This document shows, piece after piece, positions 16,398-25,136 of a stretch of 64,000 bases of DNA. The stretch is from positions 16,535-80,534 of the forward strand of contig CAZRXU010000001.1 in NCBI GenBank assembly GCA_964604135.1, given 5' to 3'. Numbering within the stretch: position 1 is the stretch's first letter; the number at the start of each line of letters is the position of its first letter. The notes under the pieces are model-generated. The model saw only the letters and a list, made by a program, of their open reading frames with translations, was not told where the DNA came from and ran no database searches. The stretch comes from an uncultured bacterium. Lineage in GTDB: Bacteria > Fermentibacterota > Fermentibacteria > Fermentibacterales > JCC-6. Both the position numbers and the translations under genes were made by a program.

Positions 16398-18516
16398 CAG
16401 CAGGTCAAAACTCCGCACAGCGCTGCTTCTGCTGTTTCTGGTAGCAGGCGGTTTTGTTTTCCGGAGTGTATTTGCCACATCAGTCATGCCGCCTCCTGCC
16501 AGAATGCAGGGGGAGACAACCCAGGCGTACAGATATACAAAGATGGTTTCAGACGGCGATGGTATACCTACTCTGGATACGCTGGTTATGCGCCCACAGG
16601 GTTTGATAACGGCAGAGAATTCTATTTTTGAAGAGTATATAGCAGGGGGAATACACCGGGTAACAGGTGGTGATTTTGATTCGTTCCTGCATTTGTTCTG
16701 TCTTCTGTTTCCGCTTCTGGTGGTTCCTGTAATCTTCTACTGGATGCGAAGTTCGAACTTCTCCAGTCAGGAGTCTTCCACAGGTGCAGCACTGTACGCT
16801 GTGTTTCTACCGGCACTTCTTCGGGCCAGGGGGGAAAGTTTTTACCGTGAAACAGTGGCACTGCCGCTGATAGTACTCACTTTTGCCCTTATAGATATGA
16901 GCAGCGGTAAAAAAGAGTCTTTGAAATACTCCGTTGCCGCGGCTCTGACACTGTTCCTGGCTCTGGCATCCTGGAAGGTAACAGCGTTTGTATCCTTCTT
17001 TGTTTTCGTATGGATGGCCTTCAAAAGGCCAGGGCTTCGTACTGTTATTCCGCTTGCTGCAAGTCAGTTTCTTGCCTCTGTTGTTCTAAGCCATATGCGT
17101 CACGACGGAGCTGTTCTTTCACCAGCCGTTCTTATGGCTGCTGCAGCTGTGGTTTCAGCGATGTACCGAAGCAGAATTGTTCCATGGGCAGGTCTGGCGG
17201 TTTCTTCAGCTTCCGGTTTCTTTTTCAGGTCTTCCTCGGGCGGGCACGTAGCTGCGGTGATTGCTGCAAAGCTGAAATTCCTGTTCAGTCATCCAGAAAA
17301 TCCTGCTTTGCTTTCAGATGATGCCCGGCTTTTCTGGGTAAGTGGCTACACTTCTCCGTCATCGGGGCAGATCCTTCTTCTGTTCGGCTTTGCATTTGTT
17401 GCGGCTGTTCTGGGGTGGAAGCGGTTCAGAGAGAAAACAGGGCAGTCACTGATGCTGTTCCTGATACCTCTTTCAGTTGCCGGATACCTGTTTTTTGACA
17501 GGCTCATGGTTGTTCTAGCCATCGGGATCATTCCTCTAGTGGTTGCTGCCTGCAGGAATCGCAGGTGGGCTCTTCCGGTTGTTCTTACAGTATTTGGACT
17601 GCAGACCATGTACGCCCCGGGGATAGCAGGTGTGCTTTCAAGAGCAGGTCTGGAATTTGAAGATTCGTCATCTCTTCTAACCGAGAACGAGCTTACCGGG
17701 CTTATCAGGTGGGCGAAAGACAACCACGGAACAGTGCTTTCATTCTGGCATATTTCAGGTCTGCTTTCCGCTTACGCGAACATGCCTGTGGTTACCCACA
17801 CTTTTTTTGAAAACGCAGAAAACCGGGAAACCATCATAGAGTATGCCAGAAGAAGCTTTGGAACCGAGCAGGAAATGATAGACTTCATGGAAGAAAAGGG
17901 TGCAGACTACCTGATTTACCAGGCCGACTTTGTTTTCGACAGATCACCGCAAGGTCTTGTGTATCTGGCCGGTCTTACAGAGATTCCCGATGGTTGTCTC
18001 GCCCTTCGACTTCACTACTATCCCCAGTCTCTTGAGACACTTGGAATAGTCTGGCAGGGACCTTCCGTAAGGGTGTTCGGTATAAACGAAAGCGCGGAAG
18101 AATTGCCAAGGCAGCCGCTGTGGGAAGTTCGCTACGCACCTTTTCTGCATGACAGTGAAATGGCAAACGCAGTTGTGAATTTACCTGTGGAAACGGCTAT
18201 CTATCTTGCAGATCAGGGGATGGAAACAGGTAATATCCAGAAGATATCAGCGGCACTGCTGCTGTTGTCAGGATCTCCCGATGAGGTGCCATCCGATGCT
18301 GCAGTTGGTCTTCTGCAAGAGCTTCTTATGGCTCATCTGGACGGGCACTACTCAATAGAAGATCTGGAAGATGATTTTGTAACGTACCTGCGCGTCTGGG
18401 GGCCGGATCCTCAACTTCGTTTTGACCTGGTAAGGCTGCTTCGAAACAGCAGCCTTTTTGACAGGGCACAGTATCACATGGAAATAATTGAAAGAATGGG
18501 AACGCAGAACCTATGA
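16381..18516 (+). CDS. MglA-coupled large polytopic membrane protein with C-terminal soluble domain (possible GT-C-like fold)
   Basis: Start (ATG 16381) overlaps the mglA-2 3' end by ~17 nt; the track's upstream start at 16315 lies inside mglA-2. At least 10 predicted TM helices over the first ~430 aa, then a ~280 aa soluble domain. No recognisable catalytic motif. A FWHISG stretch faintly recalls the WWDYG motif of oligosaccharyltransferases, which is weak evidence only. Confidence 0.6.
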   Translation: MHAQADSRSKLRTALLLLFLVAGGFVFRSVFATSVMPPPARMQGETTQAYRYTKMVSDGDGIPTLDTLVMRPQGLITAENSIFEEYIAGGIHRVTGGDFDSFLHLFCLLFPLLVVPVIFYWMRSSNFSSQESSTGAALYAVFLPALLRARGESFYRETVALPLIVLTFALIDMSSGKKESLKYSVAAALTLFLALASWKVTAFVSFFVFVWMAFKRPGLRTVIPLAASQFLASVVLSHMRHDGAVLSPAVLMAAAAVVSAMYRSRIVPWAGLAVSSASGFFFRSSSGGHVAAVIAAKLKFLFSHPENPALLSDDARLFWVSGYTSPSSGQILLLFGFAFVAAVLGWKRFREKTGQSLMLFLIPLSVAGYLFFDRLMVVLAIGIIPLVVAACRNRRWALPVVLTVFGLQTMYAPGIAGVLSRAGLEFEDSSSLLTENELTGLIRWAKDNHGTVLSFWHISGLLSAYANMPVVTHTFFENAENRETIIEYARRSFGTEQEMIDFMEEKGADYLIYQADFVFDRSPQGLVYLAGLTEIPDGCLALRLHYYPQSLETLGIVWQGPSVRVFGINESAEELPRQPLWEVRYAPFLHDSEMANAVVNLPVETAIYLADQGMETGNIQKISAALLLLSGSPDEVPSDAAVGLLQELLMAHLDGHYSIEDLEDDFVTYLRVWGPDPQLRFDLVRLLRNSSLFDRAQYHMEIIERMGTQNL

Positions 18517-19316
18517 AATTTACGAAAATGAGCGGTGCCGGGAATGATTTCATTATGGTTGACAACCGTGATGGCAGCCTTTCCCGTGTGCTTGGTCGTG
18601 AAAGAATTGCAGAGTTGTGCAGGAGAGGTCTTTCTGTGGGAGCGGACGGGCTTATTGAAATAAGAGAAGATCCAGTGCACGCTTTTGCCATGAAGTACTA
18701 CAATTCAGATGGTGGAGCAGCAGACATGTGCGGCAACGGAGCAAGATGTATCTGCCGGTTTGCAGCAGAGCTGGGAATGGTGGAGACCGGAGTTGAGTTT
18801 ACCTTTGCCAGCGACGCTGGAATTCATAAAGGCAGTATCACAGGAGACAGGGAAGCAAGAATCTGGATGACTGAACCGATTCTTCACTACCTGGAGAAGG
18901 CAATTGATGTTGCCGACGGTATTGTTATCACTACCGGTTTTGCAGATACAGGTGTACCTCACGCAGTTGTTTTCAGAGACAGCATTGAAGACGGTTCTTT
19001 CGAGAAGTACGCCAGTGTAATAAGATCGCTGGATGAATTCGGGCAGGAGGGCGCGAATGTAAACTGGGTCAGGGTTCAGAGAGACGGGTCAATGTCTATC
19101 AGAACATTTGAGAGGGGCGTAGAAGGTGAAACTCTTGCCTGCGGAACCGGTGCTGTTGCATGCGCTCTTGTGGCCTCTGAAAGATTTGATTCTGTAACTC
19201 TACCTGTTAGAATAGCAGTGAAGAGCGGGCTTCTTCTTACCGTGGGAGAAGACAGCAGCGGCTGGTGGCTTCAGGGTGAAGCCGGTATAATCTACAGAGC
19301 GGAGACAATTTCTTGA
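18513..19316 (+). CDS. dapF: Diaminopimelate epimerase
   Basis: MSGAGNDFIMVDNRDG N-terminus with the first catalytic Cys motif CGNGARC. Second catalytic Cys region ETLACGTGAVA. ATGA overlap with the upstream gene. Confidence 0.92.
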   Translation: MKFTKMSGAGNDFIMVDNRDGSLSRVLGRERIAELCRRGLSVGADGLIEIREDPVHAFAMKYYNSDGGAADMCGNGARCICRFAAELGMVETGVEFTFASDAGIHKGSITGDREARIWMTEPILHYLEKAIDVADGIVITTGFADTGVPHAVVFRDSIEDGSFEKYASVIRSLDEFGQEGANVNWVRVQRDGSMSIRTFERGVEGETLACGTGAVACALVASERFDSVTLPVRIAVKSGLLLTVGEDSSGWWLQGEAGIIYRAETIS

Positions 19317-19321
19317 CAAGA

Positions 19322-19397
19322 GCGGGCATAACTCAGTTGGCAGAGTGTCAGCCTCCCATGCTGAATGTCGCGGGTTCGAAACCCGTTGCCCGCTCCA
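19322..19397 (+). tRNA. tRNA-Gly (anticodon CCC)
   Basis: Manual cloverleaf. Acceptor GCGGGCA/TGCCCGC. D-arm ACTC-AGTTGGCAG-AGTG. Anticodon stem TCAGC/GCTGA with loop CTCCCAT giving anticodon CCC. T-arm GCGGG-TTCGAAA-CCCGT. Discriminator T plus encoded CCA. Confidence 0.85.
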
Positions 19398-19413
19398 GAT
19401 TATCTGTGGAATC

Positions 19414-20007
19414 ATGATGTTTCTCCTTGTGCTGCTTCTTGCAGATCCCCTGTCATCAAACGAAAGCTTGTGGCTTCTGCGTGCAGGGTGTGCAGCGGGC
19501 GGCAATCCTCCAGATATGGCTTCATACCTGTATACAAGTGTTAATACTATTTCGGATATTTCACTTGCAGTTGCAACAGATGGAATCAAAGGGGGAGATG
19601 CTTCAATGCTCGTTCCGCTTGTGGCTTCTCTTGTTTCCCGCGGGGAGACAGAGCTGGCGGAAACCTGCTGGAGTCTTCGGGGAATGGAATTGCCTGCAAC
19701 CAGAAACGATCTGCTCGATGTTCTTGCGTGGTTCGGCAGGTATGAACTGTACCATGAAATGGCGTCGAATCCCTTAATTCCATCCGACATGGAAGGGAAA
19801 ATGCACAGTGATCAGTGTGGGGCTGTCTGTGCTCTGGGATGGATGAGAACCAGAAGCGACGGGATGTTTCACGGTGATGATGCTGTTTCTCCTCTTGATA
19901 TAAAGGTGCTTTCTGCGTATTTCCCATCTATCGATGCATCTGCGGAGTACATAACCACCGCTGAACTTGAGAGTGTTTTTCAGTCTTTGGGCGGAGGTTC
20001 CCGGTGA
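19414..20007 (+). CDS. Hypothetical protein (hydrophobic N-terminus, probably exported)
   Basis: The ORF track starts at 19345 and overlaps the tRNA; the internal ATG at 19414 (MMFLLVLLL...) is a more plausible start. No recognisable domain. Confidence 0.4.
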   Translation: MMFLLVLLLADPLSSNESLWLLRAGCAAGGNPPDMASYLYTSVNTISDISLAVATDGIKGGDASMLVPLVASLVSRGETELAETCWSLRGMELPATRNDLLDVLAWFGRYELYHEMASNPLIPSDMEGKMHSDQCGAVCALGWMRTRSDGMFHGDDAVSPLDIKVLSAYFPSIDASAEYITTAELESVFQSLGGGSR

Positions 20008-20633
20008 AAATCAGCGAAGCTCAGCAGAGACACCTTGAACAGTTTTCTCAAACGATAGAGATGATAAAAAGAACACAGGGGCAGCTTCCTTTCGCTCCTG
20101 CCATGGTCTCATGGGTTCGTATTATTATTCTTCCATTCAGTATCTGGGCTGGCTGGTATGCTCACTTCACCGTTATGTTCTGGTTGTGTCTTGTGGCGGC
20201 TTCAAGCGATTACATTGATGGCTGGCTGGCGAGAAAACTTAAGAAATCCAGTACTCCGGGTAAAACACTTGATATTCTGGCAGATAAACTGTTTCTCTCT
20301 GTAATGCTGATTTTTCTTGCCCGACTCGGTGTGGCAAACACCCTGCTGGCCCTTATCCCCGCGTGGTATCACATAGCTGTGGTTCTTGGTCTGCTGGTTG
20401 TTTCCTGGAGCATAAAAATACCGGTTGTAGCTATTACCACAAGTGAAAGGCTTACAATTATTCTTAGTTACGTAATGGTTCTTACAGCCGCTGGTGTGCT
20501 TGCTTATCCGGCGAAGAGCATATTTGTGAAATTGTTGTGGGTTGCACAGATACTTACGCCGATTGCTGCTATACTTGGCGTTGTGAGTTACTTCAGGTTC
20601 AGCAGAAGACTGATACAGAGGTACCTGCAATGA
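20004..20633 (+). CDS. CDP-alcohol phosphatidyltransferase family membrane protein
   Basis: Signature D-G-x2-A-R-x8-G-x3-D-x3-D present as SDYIDGWLARKLKKSSTPGKTLDILADKL. Multiple TM helices. 4 nt overlap with the upstream gene. Confidence 0.85.
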   Translation: MKISEAQQRHLEQFSQTIEMIKRTQGQLPFAPAMVSWVRIIILPFSIWAGWYAHFTVMFWLCLVAASSDYIDGWLARKLKKSSTPGKTLDILADKLFLSVMLIFLARLGVANTLLALIPAWYHIAVVLGLLVVSWSIKIPVVAITTSERLTIILSYVMVLTAAGVLAYPAKSIFVKLLWVAQILTPIAAILGVVSYFRFSRRLIQRYLQ

Positions 20634-21298
20634 TCGCTGTTCTGCTTTTTATTGTGTGCTTCTCTCCGCTTGAACTGGAGCTGGCTGGAAAACTGCCGGA
20701 AGCAGGTGCTGCCTGGCAGGAAGACGGCAGCCTGTCAGGGCAGGTCAGGGTGATGGGAAGGCTTGTGGAGGAAGCAATATACGCAGGTGACGCCAGACGG
20801 GCATTTTTGCTGGCCGGTGAGCTGGGAAGCATCTGCAACGACGCAGATATTCAGCAGTTCTGGATGGCAAGGATTGCATGGGCTTCAGGTCTTCCTGTGT
20901 TGGCTGCGGAAGAGCTGAAGCAGATGAACCCGTCGGATCCGTGGCTTCTTCACAGAGCTCTCGGATTGTCCGCATTGTTTACAGAAAACGGTGAGGTAGC
21001 CATACGAGAGCTCACAATGTCTGTTGCCGCGGCTTCCACGGCAAGAAAGGCCTTCTGGAGCGGTATAGATCTGTGTTCCGCTTATTTGAATGCTGGAAGG
21101 TATTCTGATGCCCTGCAGCTGTCCCGTCTGATAAAAGTTCGTTACCCTGGAGATGCCATGGGCGATGTGATGTACGGGCTGTGCCTACAGGTTTCAGGGC
21201 AGTTCGGAGAGTCTTCAAGAGTATTAAATTCTATAGATATGGATAATCCGGCAGCAGTTTCTCTTGCCCGGAGTATTATGGAAGGATTTGAGCAGTGA
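20630..21298 (+). CDS. Hypothetical protein, helical/TPR-like
   Basis: ATGA overlap with the CDP-alcohol phosphatidyltransferase stop. N-terminal hydrophobic segment, alpha-helical repeat character. Track ORF 20537 start rejected because it overlaps the upstream gene. Confidence 0.45.
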   Translation: MIAVLLFIVCFSPLELELAGKLPEAGAAWQEDGSLSGQVRVMGRLVEEAIYAGDARRAFLLAGELGSICNDADIQQFWMARIAWASGLPVLAAEELKQMNPSDPWLLHRALGLSALFTENGEVAIRELTMSVAAASTARKAFWSGIDLCSAYLNAGRYSDALQLSRLIKVRYPGDAMGDVMYGLCLQVSGQFGESSRVLNSIDMDNPAAVSLARSIMEGFEQ

Positions 21299-22188
21299 AA
21301 TTTATAAGAGATCTCTTTGGTAAACGAAGAGTAACCAGGGTTTCTTCCAACTGGAGCGATTTCAATTTCCCGTCTGATGTTACGGAACCAGAAGCCGTTG
21401 GAGTGTTTTCTTCTTCAGATATTTCCTCTGCGTGGTCGGCTGTTTACATGGCCAGTGTACTTCAGAATGTGTATCCCTCTATTCCGGTTCACTTTGTGAC
21501 TCACAGCAGTGTGGCCGAGCTCGCCGGATTCCTGCCGGTAACACCGCAGATGCACATATATACCGGTGACCCTGGATCAGTTGATCCCGAGATTCCAGAG
21601 GGTGTTCTTATGTTTTCTCCTCAGCCTGAAGACAGTTTGCTGCGTTTTGTGGAAAAAGCATCTCCTCTTGCGTGTGTTTCAACACAAAAAAACCCGGCTG
21701 TGAATATAATTGTTAAAATAGGATCTGATACTGTGTTACCGCATAGCATCTACGAACTGATGAAGGTTCTCAAAATGGAAGCAGATACAGCGTGGAAACC
21801 GGTAGTGCCGGGTGTTCTGGCCGAGAAGGCTTCCTCTGTTCTGTCCCCTGTGTCTCACCGCACACTGCCGTACATTCTGGCCACTGAAGCTGCAGCAAAT
21901 GTACTGGAGAAAAAACGGGCAGAAGTTCCACTTAAGATTGTTCTTGTAGACGGAAAGACTACTGTTATTCCACCGGAGACAAGTGTCGGTCTGCTGGCGG
22001 CAATGGTTGCCGGTGCTTCCGCTATGGTCACAACGGATCGGAATCTGTGGATACATGCAAGAGCTCTGGGAATACCGGTGATAGGGCTGGACAGAAAGGG
22101 AGTATTCAGCGGATGGGGAGGCGAGCCTGCACCAGGAGACACAATGTTTCTGGAGCAGTGGGCAACCCTTATCAGAGTTGGCTGGTAA
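21295..22188 (+). CDS. Hypothetical protein, divergent GT9 (heptosyltransferase)-like C-terminal region
   Basis: C-terminal VGLLAAMVAGASAMVTTDRNLWIHARALGIPVIGL resembles the GT9 donor-binding region (GNDSGPMHLAAALGxPxVALFG). The N-terminal half is not recognisable. 4 nt overlap with the upstream gene. Confidence 0.4.
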   Translation: MKFIRDLFGKRRVTRVSSNWSDFNFPSDVTEPEAVGVFSSSDISSAWSAVYMASVLQNVYPSIPVHFVTHSSVAELAGFLPVTPQMHIYTGDPGSVDPEIPEGVLMFSPQPEDSLLRFVEKASPLACVSTQKNPAVNIIVKIGSDTVLPHSIYELMKVLKMEADTAWKPVVPGVLAEKASSVLSPVSHRTLPYILATEAAANVLEKKRAEVPLKIVLVDGKTTVIPPETSVGLLAAMVAGASAMVTTDRNLWIHARALGIPVIGLDRKGVFSGWGGEPAPGDTMFLEQWATLIRVGW

Positions 22189-22193
22189 CTTCG

Positions 22194-22595
22194 ATGAAAA
22201 AGGTAATTACATACGGAACATTCGACCTGTTTCACATAGGTCATCTTAACATGTTGAAACGGGCAAAAGCTCTGGGTGACTACCTTGTGGTGGCTGTTTC
22301 CACAGATGAATTCAACACCGGAAAACACAAACAGTGTGTTTATCCATACTCTCACAGAGCGCAGATAGTTGAAGCTATTCGTTGCGTGGACGAGGTGATA
22401 CCGGAGAACAGCTGGGAGCAGAAAATTGATGATGTCAGGAAACACTCCATAGGTATTTTTGTTATAGGGGAAGACTGGGCAGGAAAATTTGATTTTCTTA
22501 AGGAATACTGCGAAGTAGTTTACCTGCCCAGAACGAAGAGCATTTCAACAACATCCATCAGGAACACGGTAAAGAACGGTAAAACGATTATCTGA
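22194..22595 (+). CDS. tagD: Glycerol-3-phosphate cytidylyltransferase (TagD/TarD family)
   Basis: MKKVITYGTFDLFHIGHLNMLKRAKALGDYLVVAVSTDEF is the HxGH cytidylyltransferase motif of the TagD family. ~133 aa. Internal start chosen 6 nt after the upstream stop. Confidence 0.88.
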   Translation: MKKVITYGTFDLFHIGHLNMLKRAKALGDYLVVAVSTDEFNTGKHKQCVYPYSHRAQIVEAIRCVDEVIPENSWEQKIDDVRKHSIGIFVIGEDWAGKFDFLKEYCEVVYLPRTKSISTTSIRNTVKNGKTII

Positions 22596-23635
22596 TGAAA
22601 CTGCTGTTCTACATTTCAAAACTCTACTCTGTTCCAGTTGTGCAGCCTCTGGTGAACGAGGCAAAGAGCAGAGAGGTGGAAGTCGCATTTTTCGTCAGTT
22701 CAAAGGTAAAGAAAGACCTTCCCCATGAAATATCGGATCTTCCGGTATTTACAAACTTGAACAGTACCAAAGCTTTCAAGCCCAACTTTGTTTTGTGCCC
22801 GGGCAATTTCGTGGATTTCCGCTTGTCGGGAATAAAAGTTGAGCTTTTTCACGGCATTGGAGTAGAGAAGCCTTCACACTACAAAATCAGGCACTTTTTC
22901 GATATGTACCTTACCTCAGGGCCGGTTGTGACCGAAAGGTTTGCACAGATGCAGAACAGGTACAGATACTTCAGAACTGTGGAAACCGGGTGGCCGAAGA
23001 TAGATCATATTCTTAAATACAACACCACAGACCTTAAAAAGAAGTACGATATACCTGCAGGCAAAAAGGTTATTCTTTATGCTCCCACGCACAGCAGAAC
23101 CATGGAGTCTGCGACTCTGCTTCTTCCTGAGATTGAAAAAACCATGGAGCCGGATGAGATATGGCTGTGCAAGCCACACGAATTCATGAGCAGATCTCTT
23201 GTAAACGGAATTGCAGACAAACAGCAGTTTCGCCTGATCACCGATTACGATATTACCCCATATCTTCATCTGGCAGATATGATGGTTTCTGACACTTCTT
23301 CTGTGGTCTACGAATTCATGGTTCTGGACAAGCCGGTTGTAACCTTCAGAACACTGGCAAGAAAAGACAAAGGTATCAACATACAGGAGCCCCGGGAGCT
23401 GAGGGCTGCACTGGACCGATCCTTTCTGAATCCTGATGAGTTCTCGAGCAACCGGAAGCGTCATCTTGATGAGGTAAATCCCAGATTAGACGGAAACATA
23501 TCAAAGAACATCATTGATCTTCTTTCCACAGTAGACCCTGAGGAACCAGTGGGAACGAGGCGGAAACCGCTGAATCTGTACCGGAAACTTCAGATTATCT
23601 ATCACAGCCATTTCCGTAAGGGATATATGCGTTAA
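22595..23635 (+). CDS. CDP-glycerol glycerophosphotransferase (TagF/TagB family), paralog 1
   Basis: ILYAPTHS ... DMMVSDTSSVVYEFMVLDKPVV motifs typical of the TagF family. 1 nt overlap with the tagD stop. Confidence 0.85.
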   Translation: MKLLFYISKLYSVPVVQPLVNEAKSREVEVAFFVSSKVKKDLPHEISDLPVFTNLNSTKAFKPNFVLCPGNFVDFRLSGIKVELFHGIGVEKPSHYKIRHFFDMYLTSGPVVTERFAQMQNRYRYFRTVETGWPKIDHILKYNTTDLKKKYDIPAGKKVILYAPTHSRTMESATLLLPEIEKTMEPDEIWLCKPHEFMSRSLVNGIADKQQFRLITDYDITPYLHLADMMVSDTSSVVYEFMVLDKPVVTFRTLARKDKGINIQEPRELRAALDRSFLNPDEFSSNRKRHLDEVNPRLDGNISKNIIDLLSTVDPEEPVGTRRKPLNLYRKLQIIYHSHFRKGYMR

Positions 23636-23749
23636 ATATTTGTAATATGAGCTGGAACAAACGAACGCTGTCGATGCTATTACCTCAGGTGTTACCTATA
23701 CGCCATATCAAGAGTAACAGTGGATTCAAACCGCCTGGCTGGAGGAAAA

Positions 23750-24061
23750 ATGAAGAGAGCGTCAACAGCGATAGTAGCAGTACTGGTACAAGTGTTTCTG
23801 ATCCTGACCGCCTGTGGTAATGACACAACAGGGATAACGCCTCCGCATAACCCTATGGATGAAGGCCAGGAAGCTATCGATAACTACGTGCACGCCTACA
23901 ACACCTTGGATGCTGACCTTCTTACAGTAACTCTGGACAGTGGATTCCTGCACCATCTGCTGGAGGAGAACTGGGCTGACTACAACGGAGACGGAGAAAT
24001 TGACAACACCTGGGGCTACAGCCTGGAACTCTCATTTGCAGAGGGGTACTTCTCCGCATAA
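23750..24061 (+). CDS. Small lipoprotein, hypothetical
   Basis: Signal peptide with lipobox LILTAC (MKRASTAIVAVLVQVFLILTACGND). Acidic mature part. Start chosen at the internal ATG. Confidence 0.5.
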   Translation: MKRASTAIVAVLVQVFLILTACGNDTTGITPPHNPMDEGQEAIDNYVHAYNTLDADLLTVTLDSGFLHHLLEENWADYNGDGEIDNTWGYSLELSFAEGYFSA

Positions 24062-24483
24062 TACGATTGCTGCGAATTTTCTTTAGCAGGAGAGGAGCAG
24101 TATATCTGGCCCGATGACCAATCCGGGGAATCAATTGCATATCCCAGAAGCTATGTGCTGAAATTCTACAACACCGGCCAATCAGGGGTTACAGAAACAG
24201 GAAGCTTTATTCTTGTCTGCAAACCTGACAGCTCCGGAATCTGGCACCTCACACACCTGATCGATCAGGATTCCCTGTAGAGCAGAGGGGCGTGTTCATT
24301 AGAACAATTATGTCCCTCCCCGGCTTTCCCGGGGGACCGAAATAGTTCGATAACTCCGGGATTGATGTGAATACTCCCTTTCAAGAACCGCTCGTTGCGG
24401 GCTGAAAGGGAGTGACCGTGCAAGTTACAAAGTGTTTAAACATTCGGTTACTTTGGTAAATGAATGCCGCCTTCAGGCGGCTC

Positions 24484-24507
24484 AAAAAATTGCCGCTTTG
24501 AGCGGTT
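24484..24507 (-). terminator. Candidate Rho-independent terminator for the minus-strand astacin/radical-SAM operon
   Basis: On the minus strand a 5 bp stem (CCGCT-caa-AGCGG) is followed by T6, then a second GC hairpin (GCCGCC-tgaa-GGCGGC). It lies ~100 nt downstream of the last minus-strand ORF. Confidence 0.3.
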
Positions 24508-24608
24508 CTCATTTCTACAAACCTCCAGCTCTGTTTCGGGGGGTGACCTCCCACCAGATTAGGACAGTTTCATTTGCTGATGATTATCTCTTGTGACAAT
24601 ATTGCGAG

Positions 24609-24953
24609 TTATTGAATCAATTGCAATTCCACGACTATTTCCGTATAGGGGGAATCAGTCTTAACAGGAAAGGCCTGTACTGTAATAAAATCTCCTGATT
24701 GAATTCGCTCTGATCCGGAGATTGAGAGGTGAGCCCAAACATTGAGATGCCGACCTGCAGGATAATTACTGGGTACTTCAAGCAAATCTGTTACTACAGT
24801 GATTCCTGTTTTATCAGCAACGGAAAGCAAATGAGAGCAAACGGTAATTGAGGGTGCATCAAGCAGAGATACATCCCGAATTTCCACTCGACACATAGCT
24901 GTTGCTGGTAGCATAACCTGATTGCGCAGCAAAACTTTAACTTCGACTTTCAT
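24609..24953 (-). CDS. Hypothetical protein (114 aa), last gene of the astacin/rSAM minus-strand cluster
   Basis: ORF with AAAGG upstream of the ATG. No recognised motif; one CxxH-like stretch. Function unknown. Confidence 0.4.
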   Translation of the reverse strand: MKVEVKVLLRNQVMLPATAMCRVEIRDVSLLDAPSITVCSHLLSVADKTGITVVTDLLEVPSNYPAGRHLNVWAHLSISGSERIQSGDFITVQAFPVKTDSPYTEIVVELQLIQ

Positions 24954-25136
24954 ATTATCAGCCTTTCAGTTGAGCAAAGATATCTTCTTTTACCAGAAGC
25001 CTTGCAAAAAATACAACACAGGCATTTGACATCACACGAGCGGCTGCAAAACACGCTGATTCTAGTCAACAGCGCTGCTATTCCTCTCCGATCGACATGC
25101 TTTCCATCTCGTCCGTGAGGTGCTGCTGCTCAATGT

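Noticed and set aside
19345-19413. 5' extension of ORF 19345-20007
   Set aside because: It overlaps the tRNA-Gly gene, so the start was moved to 19414.
24609-24953. 114 aa protein as a metallophosphoesterase fragment or pseudogene
   Set aside because: No GDxHG/GNHE/GHTH motifs and no frame disruptions seen. Left as hypothetical.
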